DNA of 53,106 bases, the filler included, from Caldilineae bacterium (GTDB lineage Bacteria > Chloroflexota > Anaerolineae > DTLA01): NCBI GenBank assembly GCA_037446815.1. It is 21 parts of 21 records of this genome, joined end to end, with 100 filler letters (N's around TTAATTAATTAA, not from the genome) between each part and the next. Parts side by side here need not be neighbours in the genome. Positions count along the whole stretch, not along the records: positions 1 to 2,990 come from JBBIHX010000243.1; positions 3,091 to 6,079 come from JBBIHX010000244.1; positions 6,180 to 9,106 come from JBBIHX010000245.1; positions 9,207 to 11,828 come from JBBIHX010000247.1; 17 more parts are not named here. The stretch is one strand, 5' to 3'. The position numbers and the translations under genes were made by a program. The notes below the pieces were generated by a model. It was given only the letters and a program-made list of their open reading frames with translations, was not told the origin of the DNA and searched no databases. This document shows, one piece after another, positions 1-10,066 of the stretch. The number at the start of each line of letters is the position of its first letter. The stretch's first letter is position 1.

Positions 1-66
1 CCGCCGAGGCGCGGAGAATGCTGACAATATGCTCTCTGCGGTGTGTTCTTGGTTACCCGCGCGGCG

Positions 67-672
67 TCAAATCTCCCGCCGCCCCTCCAGCGCCCGCAGG
101 AGCGTGATCTCGTCCGCGTACTCCAAATCGCTCCCCATGGGCAGGCCGCGGGCCAGGCGCGTGGCGCGAACGCCCAGCGGGGCCAGGAGCCGCGCCAGGT
201 ACATGGCCGTCGCCTCGCCCTCCATGTTGGGATTTGTCGCCACGATGACCTCGCGCACGCCCCCCTGCCGGATGCGGTCCAGGAGCGGATCAATCTTCAG
301 GTCCTCCGGCCCGACGCCGTCCACCGGCGAAATCACCCCGTGCAGAACATGGTACACGCCGCGAAACTCCCGCGTGCGCTCCACCGCCACCACGTCCAGC
401 GGCTCCTCCACCACGCAGATGAGGCCATGATCCCGCGTCTCGTCGGCGCAGACGGGGCACGGCGACGTTTCGCTGATGTTGTAGCACACCTGGCAGAAGG
501 TGATGCGCTCGCGCAGTTGTTGCAGGGCTTCGGCCAATTGCGCCGCCTGGTCCTTCGGTGCGCGCAGCAGATAGAACGCAAGCCGCGACGCCGTCTTGGG
601 CCCGATGCCGGGCAGGCGACTGAACTCCTCTATGAGCCGTTCTACGGGTTCGGGAAGGACGCGCGAACCCAT
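67..672 (-). CDS. recR: Recombination mediator RecR
   Basis: LPGIGPKTA HhH motif, C4 zinc finger (CQVC...CPVC), TOPRIM motifs YHVLHG and ATNPNMEGEATA; ATG at 672 follows GGAGGTGAGG; third gene of dnaX-ybaB-recR. Confidence 0.97.
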   Translation of the reverse strand: MGSRVLPEPVERLIEEFSRLPGIGPKTASRLAFYLLRAPKDQAAQLAEALQQLRERITFCQVCYNISETSPCPVCADETRDHGLICVVEEPLDVVAVERTREFRGVYHVLHGVISPVDGVGPEDLKIDPLLDRIRQGGVREVIVATNPNMEGEATAMYLARLLAPLGVRATRLARGLPMGSDLEYADEITLLRALEGRREI

Positions 673-723
673 CCTCACCTCCGAGTCTTCCCACCGCCTT
701 CGCGGGGATGCGACTGCCCGACG

Positions 724-1073
724 CTACATGAGTCCCGGCACGGAAATCCCGCCGGTAACCGCGCCCATCCGCTCGGCGGCCAGCGCGCGGGCCTGCTCCT
801 GCGCGCTCTTGAAGGCCGCGATGATGAGGTCCTGCAACATCTCCACGTCGTCCGGATCCACCGCTTCGGGGTTTATGGTCAGGGACACCAGTTCCTGGTG
901 GCCGTTCATCACGACAGTAACCATCCCGCCGCCGGAGGTGGCCGTTACGGTTTCATCCTTGAGCGATTCCTGAATTCGGACGACTTCCTCTTGCATGCGT
1001 TGCAACTGCTGCAACAGGCCGCCCATGCCACCCCCGCCTCCACCGGGGGGCCTCCACCCACCTTTTCCTTTGC

Positions 1074-1077
<4 letters not shown>
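724..1077 (-). CDS. ybaB: YbaB/EbfC family nucleoid-associated protein
   Basis: SGGGMVTVVMNG and DPDDVEMLQDLI motifs; GTG start overlaps the dnaX TGA (GTGA); the upstream extension in the ORF track is not needed. Confidence 0.94.
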
Positions 1078-2819
<1,742 letters not shown>

Positions 2820-2837
2820 GTTCTTCCTCCGGCGCGT

Positions 2838-2866
2838 AGTGTAGCATCGGTGCGGGATTTGCGCAA
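2838..2866 (-). promoter_or_regulatory. Putative sigma70 promoter of the dnaX operon
   Basis: TTGCGC-N17-TACACT on the minus strand just upstream of the RBS. Confidence 0.55.
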
Positions 2867-2889
2867 GACGGGAGGGGCGACACCATCGC

Positions 2890-2914
2890 GTAGGGGCAAC
2901 CGGCCGGTCGCCCC
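2890..2914. repeat. GTAG-type REP-like palindrome (GTAGGGGCRACCG...CGGTCGCCCCTAC class)
   Basis: Related copies at 14377-14404 and 20117-20144. Confidence 0.75.
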
Positions 2915-2990
2915 GGCATGCTACATGCGCAATGATCATTCTCAGCGGCGAAGCCGCGAAGAATCTCGCCCCTCACCCCAGCCCTCTCCC

Positions 2991-3090
2991 NNNNNNNNNN
3001 NNNNNNNNNNNNNNNNNNNNNNNNNNNNNNNNNNTTAATTAATTAANNNNNNNNNNNNNNNNNNNNNNNNNNNNNNNNNNNNNNNNNNNN
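2991..3090. other. Artificial contig linker (first of 20)
   Basis: N44-TTAATTAATTAA-N44 with stops in all six frames. Others start at 6080, 9107, 11829, 14550, 17244, 19918, 22582, 25211, 27825, 30290, 32731, 35150, 37509, 39857, 42123, 44388, 46650, 48827 and 50988. Contig lengths decrease monotonically. Confidence 0.99.
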
Positions 3091-3145
3091 CGCGGCTTCG
3101 CCGCTCAGAATGACGGTAGATGCTAACAGACTTTGGAACCGACTC
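3091..3145 (+). mobile_element. Partial MITE, subfamily B right end
   Basis: GCTCAGAATGACGGTAGATGCTAACAGACTTTGGAACCGACTC matches the right end of the complete copy at 44204-44378. Confidence 0.8.
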
Positions 3146-3313
3146 CCCTCGCATGTTGTGCGTTCTCCGAATCGGTCGCGGGCCAGTGCTGCAACCGCAG
3201 TTGTCATTCTGAGGAGCGACGAAGAATCTTGCTCCGCAGTAATGCGGAGTTGCGCAACGCCGGGAGATTCCTCGCTTCGCTCGGAATGACAAGGTAAGGC
3301 TGTGGTTGTAGTG

Positions 3314-4741
3314 CTAGTACGCCCCCCGCGCGAAAATCACCTGCGGAATCGTCCGCAAGAGAATCTTGAAGTCCAAGAAGAGCGACCAGTTTTCAATGTA
3401 GTACAAATCCAAGAGCACCATCTCGTCAAATGTGAGGTCGCTGCGGCCGCTGACCTGCCAGAGGCCCGTGAGGCCCGGGGCCACGGCCAGCCGGCGGCGA
3501 TGCCAATCCTGGTACTGGGCCACCTCGCGCGGCAGCGGCGGGCGCGGCCCCACCAGGCTCATGTCGCCCTTGAGCACGTTGTACAACTGGGGCAGTTCGT
3601 CAACGCTGGTGCGTCGCAGGATGCGCCCCACGCGCGTGATGCGCGGGTCGTCCTTTATCTTGAACAGCGGCCCCGAGGCCTCGTTCTGCGCCTGAAGCGA
3701 CTCCAGCCGCTCTTCCGCATCCTTGTACATGGTGCGGAATTTGTACAGCGTGAACCGCGACTCGCCGCGGCCCACCCGCTCCTGGCGGAACAGAATCGGC
3801 CCAGGCGAATCCAGCCGTATGGCCAGGGCGGCCAGGGCCATGAAGGGCGCCGTGATGACCAGCACAACGGCGGCCCCGACTACGTCCAACATCCGCTTGG
3901 CGATCTGCCCGGAGGTGCTGATGCGCGGCTCCTGCACGGACAACAGGGGCAGGCCGTTGAGGTTGTCCATGTCCAGCCGCCGCACCGACATTTGGAACAG
4001 GTCGGGCACGATGCGGGCGCGGATGTCGGAGCGCGCGCACTCGTTGACGATGCGCAGGATTTTGCGGTGGTACATCCACGGCAGCGTTACGATGACCTCG
4101 TCCACGTTGCCCGCGGCCAGAATCCGCGCGAGGTCGTCCACCGTCCCCAGGCCGGAGAATCGGCCCACGGCCCCATTGGCCTTCTTCGGGTCGTCGTCCA
4201 CGTACCCCACGATGCGGTAGCCCAGTTCGGGCTGGGCGACGATGTTGCGCATCAGCATTCTGCCCGTTTCGCCCGCGCCCACCACCAGTACCCGATCCAC
4301 GCCGATGCCTCGCCTGCGCAGGGCGTTGAGAATCCAGTTGCGCACCGCTCGCCCCAACCCCAGCACCAGCACCACCGCGACCGCCGCGTACAGGAAAATC
4401 AAGCGGGAATACAGGGGCGACCCCGAGACGAAGAAGAACACGATGAGCAGAATCACCCCGTTGGTCGTGCCGTTGAGAATCGCGTACACCTCGTCCAGCC
4501 AGGGGCGACCGCGGCGCACCTCGTACACGCGCTCCAGGAGGAAGGTCAGCAACAGCACGCCCGTGAACAGCGCCGCAATGGGGATGAACGTCCGGTAAGG
4601 CACGTAGTACTCGTCAATGACCGGGCGCGGCCACTCCAACTGATACCGGACGAAGTAGGCCAGCGCGAACGCCACGTTGATGAGCAGGATGTCGCCCACG
4701 GCCGTGAGCAACCCCACCAGCCGCCGATATCGCCTAGACAT
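3314..4741 (-). CDS. Undecaprenyl-phosphate sugar phosphotransferase (WcaJ/WbaP-like priming glycosyltransferase)
   Basis: N-terminal TM helices, VVGAG CoA-binding-like domain, C-terminal sugar transferase motifs KFRTM, DDPRITRVG, DELPQL, SLVGPRP, PGLTGLWQVSGRS. Confidence 0.93.
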   Translation of the reverse strand: MSRRYRRLVGLLTAVGDILLINVAFALAYFVRYQLEWPRPVIDEYYVPYRTFIPIAALFTGVLLLTFLLERVYEVRRGRPWLDEVYAILNGTTNGVILLIVFFFVSGSPLYSRLIFLYAAVAVVLVLGLGRAVRNWILNALRRRGIGVDRVLVVGAGETGRMLMRNIVAQPELGYRIVGYVDDDPKKANGAVGRFSGLGTVDDLARILAAGNVDEVIVTLPWMYHRKILRIVNECARSDIRARIVPDLFQMSVRRLDMDNLNGLPLLSVQEPRISTSGQIAKRMLDVVGAAVVLVITAPFMALAALAIRLDSPGPILFRQERVGRGESRFTLYKFRTMYKDAEERLESLQAQNEASGPLFKIKDDPRITRVGRILRRTSVDELPQLYNVLKGDMSLVGPRPPLPREVAQYQDWHRRRLAVAPGLTGLWQVSGRSDLTFDEMVLLDLYYIENWSLFLDFKILLRTIPQVIFARGAY

Positions 4742-5864
4742 GGTGCCTCTCCGATAGCACGCTGTCGTATGCTCGCACGGTGGCCGCCGCCGTTCGCTCC
4801 CAGGTGAACTGGGCCGCGCGGCGAAGTCCCCGCTCGCGCAGCCCATCGGCCAGGGCGCGGTTCCGGAGGATGGCCGCCATGGCCTCGGCGAGGGCCGACA
4901 CGTCGTCGGGCACCACCGTCAGCCCCGCGTCGCCCACCACCTCGGGCAGCGACGCGCGATCCGACACTACGACGGGCGTCCCGCAAGCCATCGCCTCCAG
5001 CGGCCCCAGGCCAAACCCCTCGTACAGCGACGGATACACGAAAACCCCCGCCCCATTATACCACAAAGGCAGTTCCTGTCGCGGCACGAAGCCGGGGAAA
5101 ATCACGTCGGACGCCAGGCCCAGCCGCTCCACCGCTGCGAAGATGGGCTCGTACATCCAACCCTTGCCCCCCGCCAGGACGAGTTTGTGCGGAAGGCCCT
5201 GCCGCTTCAGGAGCGCGAACGCCTCCACCAGGCGCACTACGTTCTTGCGCGGCTCCAGCGTGCCCACGAACAGGATGTACTGCGAGGGTAGGCCCTTGGC
5301 GGCGCGGAATGTCTCCACCTCAACGGCGGGCGCGGGGCGGAAGATGGCGTCCACGCCGCAGTAGGCCAGGTGAATCTTGTCGCGCGGCACGCCCCACAGG
5401 CGGTGCAGGTCGTTCGCCGTGTTCTGGGAGATGGCGATGACCGCGCGGGCCTTGCGTACCGAGCGCCGCGTCATGGTGGTCAGGTACCACCGATTGAACG
5501 GGCGAAAACTCTCGGGAAACAGCGCAAAGGAAACGTCGTACACGGTTACCACCGAAGGCACCCGCGATAGGGCCGGCGTAACGAAGGCCATGGCGTGGAG
5601 CAAATCAATGCGGCGCCGCGCCAGTTCCACCGGCAGGCACGCCTGCTCCCAGAGGATGCGCACGGGCGGGCGGGCCGTGGGCAGGCGCGAAGACACAATC
5701 TCCAGGCCATCCGCCTGGAAGGCCCTGTCGGCCACAAAGGCCACGTACCGATGCGCACCTACGCGCGGGAGATGAAGAAGGGTCTGATGAATGTAGTGCG
5801 CGATGCCTGCCCCGCGATAACTGTCGGACAGGGACAAGAGTTGAGCGTTCAGGCCGATTCGCAC
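4734..5864 (-). CDS. Glycosyltransferase family 4 (GT-B)
   Basis: VGTLEPRKN and YPSLYEGFGLGPLEAMACGTPV motifs; its stop overlaps the start of the phosphotransferase. Confidence 0.94.
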   Translation of the reverse strand: MRIGLNAQLLSLSDSYRGAGIAHYIHQTLLHLPRVGAHRYVAFVADRAFQADGLEIVSSRLPTARPPVRILWEQACLPVELARRRIDLLHAMAFVTPALSRVPSVVTVYDVSFALFPESFRPFNRWYLTTMTRRSVRKARAVIAISQNTANDLHRLWGVPRDKIHLAYCGVDAIFRPAPAVEVETFRAAKGLPSQYILFVGTLEPRKNVVRLVEAFALLKRQGLPHKLVLAGGKGWMYEPIFAAVERLGLASDVIFPGFVPRQELPLWYNGAGVFVYPSLYEGFGLGPLEAMACGTPVVVSDRASLPEVVGDAGLTVVPDDVSALAEAMAAILRNRALADGLRERGLRRAAQFTWERTAAATVRAYDSVLSERHHV

Positions 5865-6025
5865 AGGCGCTGCCCCACCTCCGGATGCCCTCTTGGGATG
5901 CGATGTGTGCCCGCATTATAGCCGCGCGCCGCCCAGGGCACAAACGGGCGCGTTCCACGACAACGCGCGACGCCCCTCGCAGACCCAGCGCACGTTCCCC
6001 TGGAACCGAGGCCCTTGCCCTGCCC

Positions 6026-6079
6026 GAGTCGGTTCCAAAGTCTGTTGGCATCTACCGTCATTCTGAGCGGCGAAGCCGC
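6026..6079 (-). mobile_element. Partial MITE, subfamily B right end (inverted)
   Basis: GAGTCGGTTCCAAAGTCTGTTGGCATCTACCGTCATTCTGAGC runs into the contig end. Confidence 0.8.
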
Positions 6080-6179
6080 NNNNNNNNNNNNNNNNNNNNN
6101 NNNNNNNNNNNNNNNNNNNNNNNTTAATTAATTAANNNNNNNNNNNNNNNNNNNNNNNNNNNNNNNNNNNNNNNNNNNN

Positions 6180-6436
6180 GCGAAGAATCTCGCCCCTCAC
6201 CCCAGCCCTCTCCCAGCGGGCGAGGGAGCGACACCCTCACCCCCGCCTCCGGCATCTCCGTCTCCGCCGCGGAGAGGGGGAACGAGCGGGGTGAGGTCTG
6301 TTGGCCTTTCCCCAGACCTATCTGTGCAATCCGTGTTATCCGTGGATCCAACCCTGGAGATGCTCCGCCTTCGGCTCAGCATGACAGAGCGGGGAGGCGG
6401 CGTGCGGGGCAGACCAACACAAGATGAAACCGAGTC
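6180..6436 (-). mobile_element. Partial MITE subfamily B (inverted) with extra nested palindromes
   Basis: Ends in ACCAACACAAGATGAAACCGAGTC (reverse complement of the left TIR); interior has CCCTCACCCC hairpins and an ATCCGTGTTATCCGTGG motif. Confidence 0.75.
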
Positions 6437-6451
6437 ACTCGGGCGATTCGG

Positions 6452-6480
6452 TTGGACTTCCTCGCCGCATGTGGTACACT
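6452..6480 (+). promoter_or_regulatory. Putative sigma70 promoter of corA
   Basis: TTGGAC-N17-TACACT with extended -10 TG; starts 15 bp after the MITE terminus. Confidence 0.6.
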
Positions 6481-6514
6481 ACACCCCAGCACCCACTAGG
6501 ATTCAGGAGGGCCT

Positions 6515-7507
6515 ATGATCCGAGCACTCTACCGCGCCCGTGACGGCCGCCTGCGCACCGACGTGCGGCCCGAGGAGTTCGCCGCGCTGCTCGCCAAGCC
6601 CGACGGGCTGCTCTGGGTGGACTTCGTCGGCGAAGGTCCCGAGACCTGCGAGCACATCCTGCGCGGCGTATTTGGCTTTGACCCGTTGGCCGTGGACGAC
6701 GCCCTGCAGGAGTCGCACGTGCCCAAACTGGACGACTGGGGCCCGTACCTGTACGTCGTCCTGCACGCCGTGGCGTTTGACACCGACGGCGGCGAGCACG
6801 TGGACACGCTGGAGGTGGACCTCTTCCTAGGGCACAACTACCTGGTTACGCACCGCGACACGCCGGTGCCGGCCATGGATCGGGTCTGGACATCGTGTCA
6901 GCGGGAGGAGCGCCACACGTCGCGGGGCCCATCGTACCTGGCCTACCGCATCGCGGACGAGATTGTGGCGGGCTATATGCCCGTGTTTGAGGAGATTGAC
7001 CTGGCCATAGACCACATTGAAGACCAGGTGCTGGGCGGGGCCTTGCGGACGGCCACGCTGGAGCGGCTGCTGGCGCTCAAGCGGGCGCTCCTGAATCTGC
7101 GGCGCATCATTGCCCCGCAGCGCGAGGTGCTGAACAAACTGGCTCGCGACGACTACGAGGTGGTGGACGCGCGCGGACGGCTATATTTCCGCGACGTGTA
7201 CGATCACCTGGTGCGCCTGCACGACATCAACGAGTCCATGCGCGACCTTGTTTCCGGCGTCCTGGACACGTACCTCTCCGTCGTGAACAACCGCCTCAAC
7301 GACGTGATGAAGACCCTGACGCTGATTACGACGCTGTTCATGCCCATCTCGTTCATCGCCAGTTTCTTCGGCATGAACTTCTTCGGCCCTGTGGATGTGG
7401 GGCTCGCTCCGTGGACGGACCGTCCTGCGCTGTTGCTGACCCTGCTGCTGATGGTTGCTCTGCCCGCCGCGATGTACGTGTGGATGCGGCGGCGATTGCT
7501 GGGGTGA
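6515..7507 (+). CDS. corA: CorA family Mg2+/Co2+ transporter
   Basis: YFRDVYDHL, MKTLT and GMN signature (FFGMNF), two C-terminal TM helices; AGGAGG RBS. Confidence 0.95.
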   Translation: MIRALYRARDGRLRTDVRPEEFAALLAKPDGLLWVDFVGEGPETCEHILRGVFGFDPLAVDDALQESHVPKLDDWGPYLYVVLHAVAFDTDGGEHVDTLEVDLFLGHNYLVTHRDTPVPAMDRVWTSCQREERHTSRGPSYLAYRIADEIVAGYMPVFEEIDLAIDHIEDQVLGGALRTATLERLLALKRALLNLRRIIAPQREVLNKLARDDYEVVDARGRLYFRDVYDHLVRLHDINESMRDLVSGVLDTYLSVVNNRLNDVMKTLTLITTLFMPISFIASFFGMNFFGPVDVGLAPWTDRPALLLTLLLMVALPAAMYVWMRRRLLG

Positions 7508-7521
7508 TGCGTCCGCGCGCC

Positions 7522-8145
7522 CTATCGCCCAACGACGGAGATGAGAGCCGCAACGCCGAATCCCGCGATGAGGATGCCGGAAACGCGGTTCACCCACCTC
7601 ATGAGCGGGGCCGACACTCGGTCGCGTAGGAGGGCCACGCCGCTGCTGAGCGCAGTCCACCACGCAGCCGAGCCGAGGAATACCCCCGCCACCAGCGCGG
7701 CCGCCCGCTCGGGGCTTCTATCGCCGCCAGCCAGACCCAGCCCGGCGAAGGCAGCCGCAAACGCCAGGATGGTTATCGGATTGGTGAGCGTGAGGCCCAA
7801 CGTGGAGGTGTACGCTCCGATGAGGCCGCCGGCATGGGACGGGGTGGCGCCCGGCGCGGGTCGCGTCAGAAACGCCCGCGCGCCAAGATACAGCAGCAAC
7901 AAGCCGCCGATGAGCCGCAATGCGTCCTGGTGATGGATGAGGAAGCCGGAAACGGCGTTCAGGCCGAACGCCGCCACGCTGCCGTAGATGGCGTCGGCGG
8001 TCGCGGCCCCAAGCCCCGACGCCAGGCCCACCCAGCGCCCATGGGCCAGCGTGCGGCGGATGCACAGCAACCCGATGGGCCCCACAGGCGCGGCGATGGA
8101 GAAGCCCAGCGCGAACCCCTGCGCGAGCACCACGAGCGTGGCCAC
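7522..8145 (-). CDS. LysE family translocator
   Basis: IAAPVGPIGLLCIRRTL, GAATADAIYG and LTLTNP motifs; six hydrophobic segments; GTG at 8145 is the inferred start. Confidence 0.9.
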   Translation of the reverse strand: MATLVVLAQGFALGFSIAAPVGPIGLLCIRRTLAHGRWVGLASGLGAATADAIYGSVAAFGLNAVSGFLIHHQDALRLIGGLLLLYLGARAFLTRPAPGATPSHAGGLIGAYTSTLGLTLTNPITILAFAAAFAGLGLAGGDRSPERAAALVAGVFLGSAAWWTALSSGVALLRDRVSAPLMRWVNRVSGILIAGFGVAALISVVGR

Positions 8146-8159
8146 GGATCGGCCCGGAA

Positions 8160-8597
8160 TCAGGCCCGCGGCTTCACGCCCTGGGCCGAGAGCATCTCCA
8201 GCAACAAGCGCACCGCGCCGACAACAATCGGCTCGCAGCGCTTGTCCACGTCGGGCAGGCTGTCGCGGATGGCCTGGCACTGGGTGTAGCCCGCCAGCGC
8301 GCGGAACCGCTCGCGGTACTCGCGGGCCAGCGCCTGCACCGCGTCGTCGCTCTCGTCAACCGACACGCGGCCCAGGAGCGCGCCGAGGATCATCAGGCCG
8401 CCGCTCAGCAGGCCGCACATCTCCTCGTAGCAGCAGCCGCCACCCCCGGCCAGCGGGCACGCGGCGCGAATCAGGATTTCGGGGGCCTTGCCAAAGTAGT
8501 AGTCGCCCACGGCGATCACGATGGTCTCGGATCAGTGATGGCACGAGAGGAAAACTCGGCGGGCATGTTCCACTGCGGTGTCCACGTTGTTCGTCAT
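8160..8597 (-). CDS. C-GCAxxG-C-C family redox protein, probable selenoprotein (UGA at codon 22)
   Basis: GGAGG RBS, ATG at 8597, frame MTNNVDTAVEHARRVFLSCHH-[TGA 8534-8532]-SETIVIAVG continues in frame into ORF 8160..8519, which has CGLLSGG, TQC and KRC motifs. Confidence 0.8.
8499..8519 (-). promoter_or_regulatory. Candidate bacterial SECIS hairpin
   Basis: GUG-A-UCGCC-[GUG]-GGCGA-C-UAC stem-loop starting 12 nt after the UGA; the G-led apical loop starts 21 nt after the UGA. Confidence 0.6.
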
Positions 8598-8635
8598 CTT
8601 GCCTCCAAGGGTTGCCCGGATGGGGTACTGGCGAC

Positions 8636-8664
8636 AGTATGGCACAGGCGCGGCGTCCTGTCAA
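8636..8664 (-). promoter_or_regulatory. Putative sigma70 promoter
   Basis: TTGACA-N17-CATACT upstream of ATG 8597, supporting the longer gene model. Confidence 0.6.
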
Positions 8665-8694
8665 AGAGCGGGGGAGGCATCCACGAATGGCAGT

Positions 8695-8729
8695 AACGTG
8701 CGACGCACCTCGGAGGTGCGCCGCACGTT
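8695..8729. repeat. Palindromic repeat AACGTGCGACGCAC...GTGCGTCGCACGTT
   Basis: Near-perfect hairpin; copies at 9318-9354 and 25466-25500. Confidence 0.8.
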
Positions 8730-8744
8730 GTCTTCATCTGTCTG

Positions 8745-9055
8745 CCCTCACCCCAGCCCTCTCCCGTACGGCGGGCGAGGGCGTATCGCCTTCGGCCCAG
8801 CATGACAGGGCACATGGAAGGGCTGCGCGTGGGCCGTTACTGTCATTCTGAGCGGCGAAGCCGCGAAGAATCTCCCGCCCTCACCCCAGCCCTCTCCCAG
8901 CGGGCGAGGGCGTATCGCCTTCGGCCCAGCATGACAGGGCACATGGAAGGGCTGCGCGTGGGCCGTTACTGTCATTCTGAGCGGCGAAGCCGCGAAGAAT
9001 CTCCCGCCCTCACCCCAGCCCTCTGCCGAAGGGCGAGAGGGTATCGCCTTCGGCT
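8745..9055. repeat. Tandem array of a ~130-bp composite palindromic unit (about 2.4 copies)
   Basis: CCCTCACCCCAGCCCTCT recurs at 8745, 8878 and 9007 with near-identical intervening sequence. Confidence 0.9.
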
Positions 9056-9362
9056 TGGGCAGCCCAAAACAAGAGGGAACCCGGTTGGAACCCGCCGACC
9101 TTGCCANNNNNNNNNNNNNNNNNNNNNNNNNNNNNNNNNNNNNNNNNNNNTTAATTAATTAANNNNNNNNNNNNNNNNNNNNNNNNNNNNNNNNNNNNNN
9201 NNNNNNGTGTCGCTGCGCGTCAGTATACATTACAAGGCCAGGCGCTGGCAAACGCCACCCGACGGCGATTCGGTTGGGGGATGGCAACCGCGAATAACAC
9301 GAATTCACGCGAATAGGTAACGTGCGACGCACTTCCGAAGTGCGTCGCACGTTATCCCCAAC

Positions 9363-9465
9363 TCTGTCATGCTGAGCCGAAGGCGAAGCATCTCGGGCAG
9401 CCAGATTCTTCGCGGCTTCGCTGCTCAGAATGACGGTAGATGCCAACAGACCTTGGAACCGAATC
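9363..9465 (+). mobile_element. MITE subfamily B interior and right end, abutting the next element
   Basis: GTCATGCTGAGCC...GCTCAGAATGAC interior and right TIR CCAACAGACCTTGGAACCGAATC, followed by CACAACCC. Confidence 0.75.
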
Positions 9466-9473
9466 CACAACCC

Positions 9474-9623
9474 GAGTCGGTTTCATCTTGTGTTGGTGAA
9501 ACGCAAGGGCACTCTCCTCGTGTGTCGTTGCGAGCGAAGCGAAGCAACCTCACGCCCCAGAGATTGCTTCGGGCGCTCCGCGCCCTCGCAATGACAAATA
9601 CCAACAGACCTTGGAACCGAATC
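9474..9623 (+). mobile_element. Complete 150-bp MITE, subfamily A
   Basis: TIRs GAGTCGGTTTCATCTTGTGTTGGT and ACCAACAGACCTTGGAACCGAATC; perfect 8-bp direct repeat CACAACCC at 9466-9473 and 9624-9631. Confidence 0.92.
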
Positions 9624-9638
9624 CACAACCCAGCGGCG

Positions 9639-9667
9639 TTGCTCAGCCGGCACAAGTGTGGTATCAT
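9639..9667 (+). promoter_or_regulatory. Putative sigma70 promoter of cupin-FAH genes
   Basis: TTGCTC-N17-TATCAT with extended TG; 15 bp from the MITE end. Confidence 0.6.
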
Positions 9668-9703
9668 AGCGCCCAACGACGACCGAATCGCAGGAGGAAC
9701 GCC

Positions 9704-10024
9704 ATGGGCGATTTGCACGCGCAGGTGCTGCCCGCGTCGGACCTGGTGGCCTATCAGGACGGCGCGGTGGTCAGCCGCGAAATCGTGAGCCAGAAGACAG
9801 GCACCGTAACGCTGTTCGCCTTTGACGAGGGGCAGGGACTGAGCGAGCACACCGCGCCGTTTGACGCGCTGGTGCTCGTCCTGGACGGCGAGGCGGAAAT
9901 CACCATTGCAGGGACGCCGTTCCGGGTGCGGGCAGGCGAGATGATTCTCATGCCCGCGCACAAGCCCCATGCGCTGAAGGCCGTCCGGCGATTCAAGATG
10001 ATGCTGGTGATGATTCGGGCCTAG
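9704..10024 (+). CDS. Cupin domain protein
   Basis: LFAFDEGQGLSEHTAPFDA and MPAHKPHAL cupin motifs; AGGAGG RBS. Confidence 0.92.
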   Translation: MGDLHAQVLPASDLVAYQDGAVVSREIVSQKTGTVTLFAFDEGQGLSEHTAPFDALVLVLDGEAEITIAGTPFRVRAGEMILMPAHKPHALKAVRRFKMMLVMIRA

Positions 10025-10066
10025 ATGCGACAGGGCCGCTCAGACGACCGTCTCAAGGAGGCTACA

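Noticed and set aside
6026..6436. One MITE spanning the linker
   Set aside because: The flanks CCCTGCCC and ACTCGGGC do not form a duplication; these are halves of different copies.
8160..8597. Pseudogene with a nonsense mutation
   Set aside because: The stop is UGA at the expected Cys position with a downstream hairpin, and the promoter and RBS are intact; selenocysteine is more parsimonious, though unproven.
8745..9055. Possible CRISPR array
   Set aside because: The unit is about 130 bp and the intervening sequences are identical, so there are no unique spacers. No array was seen anywhere in the window.
9159..9788. Short ORFs containing CHSERRSREES, VIARARSARSN or MLSRRRSIS
   Set aside because: Translations of the non-coding palindromic repeats, recurring at many contig ends.
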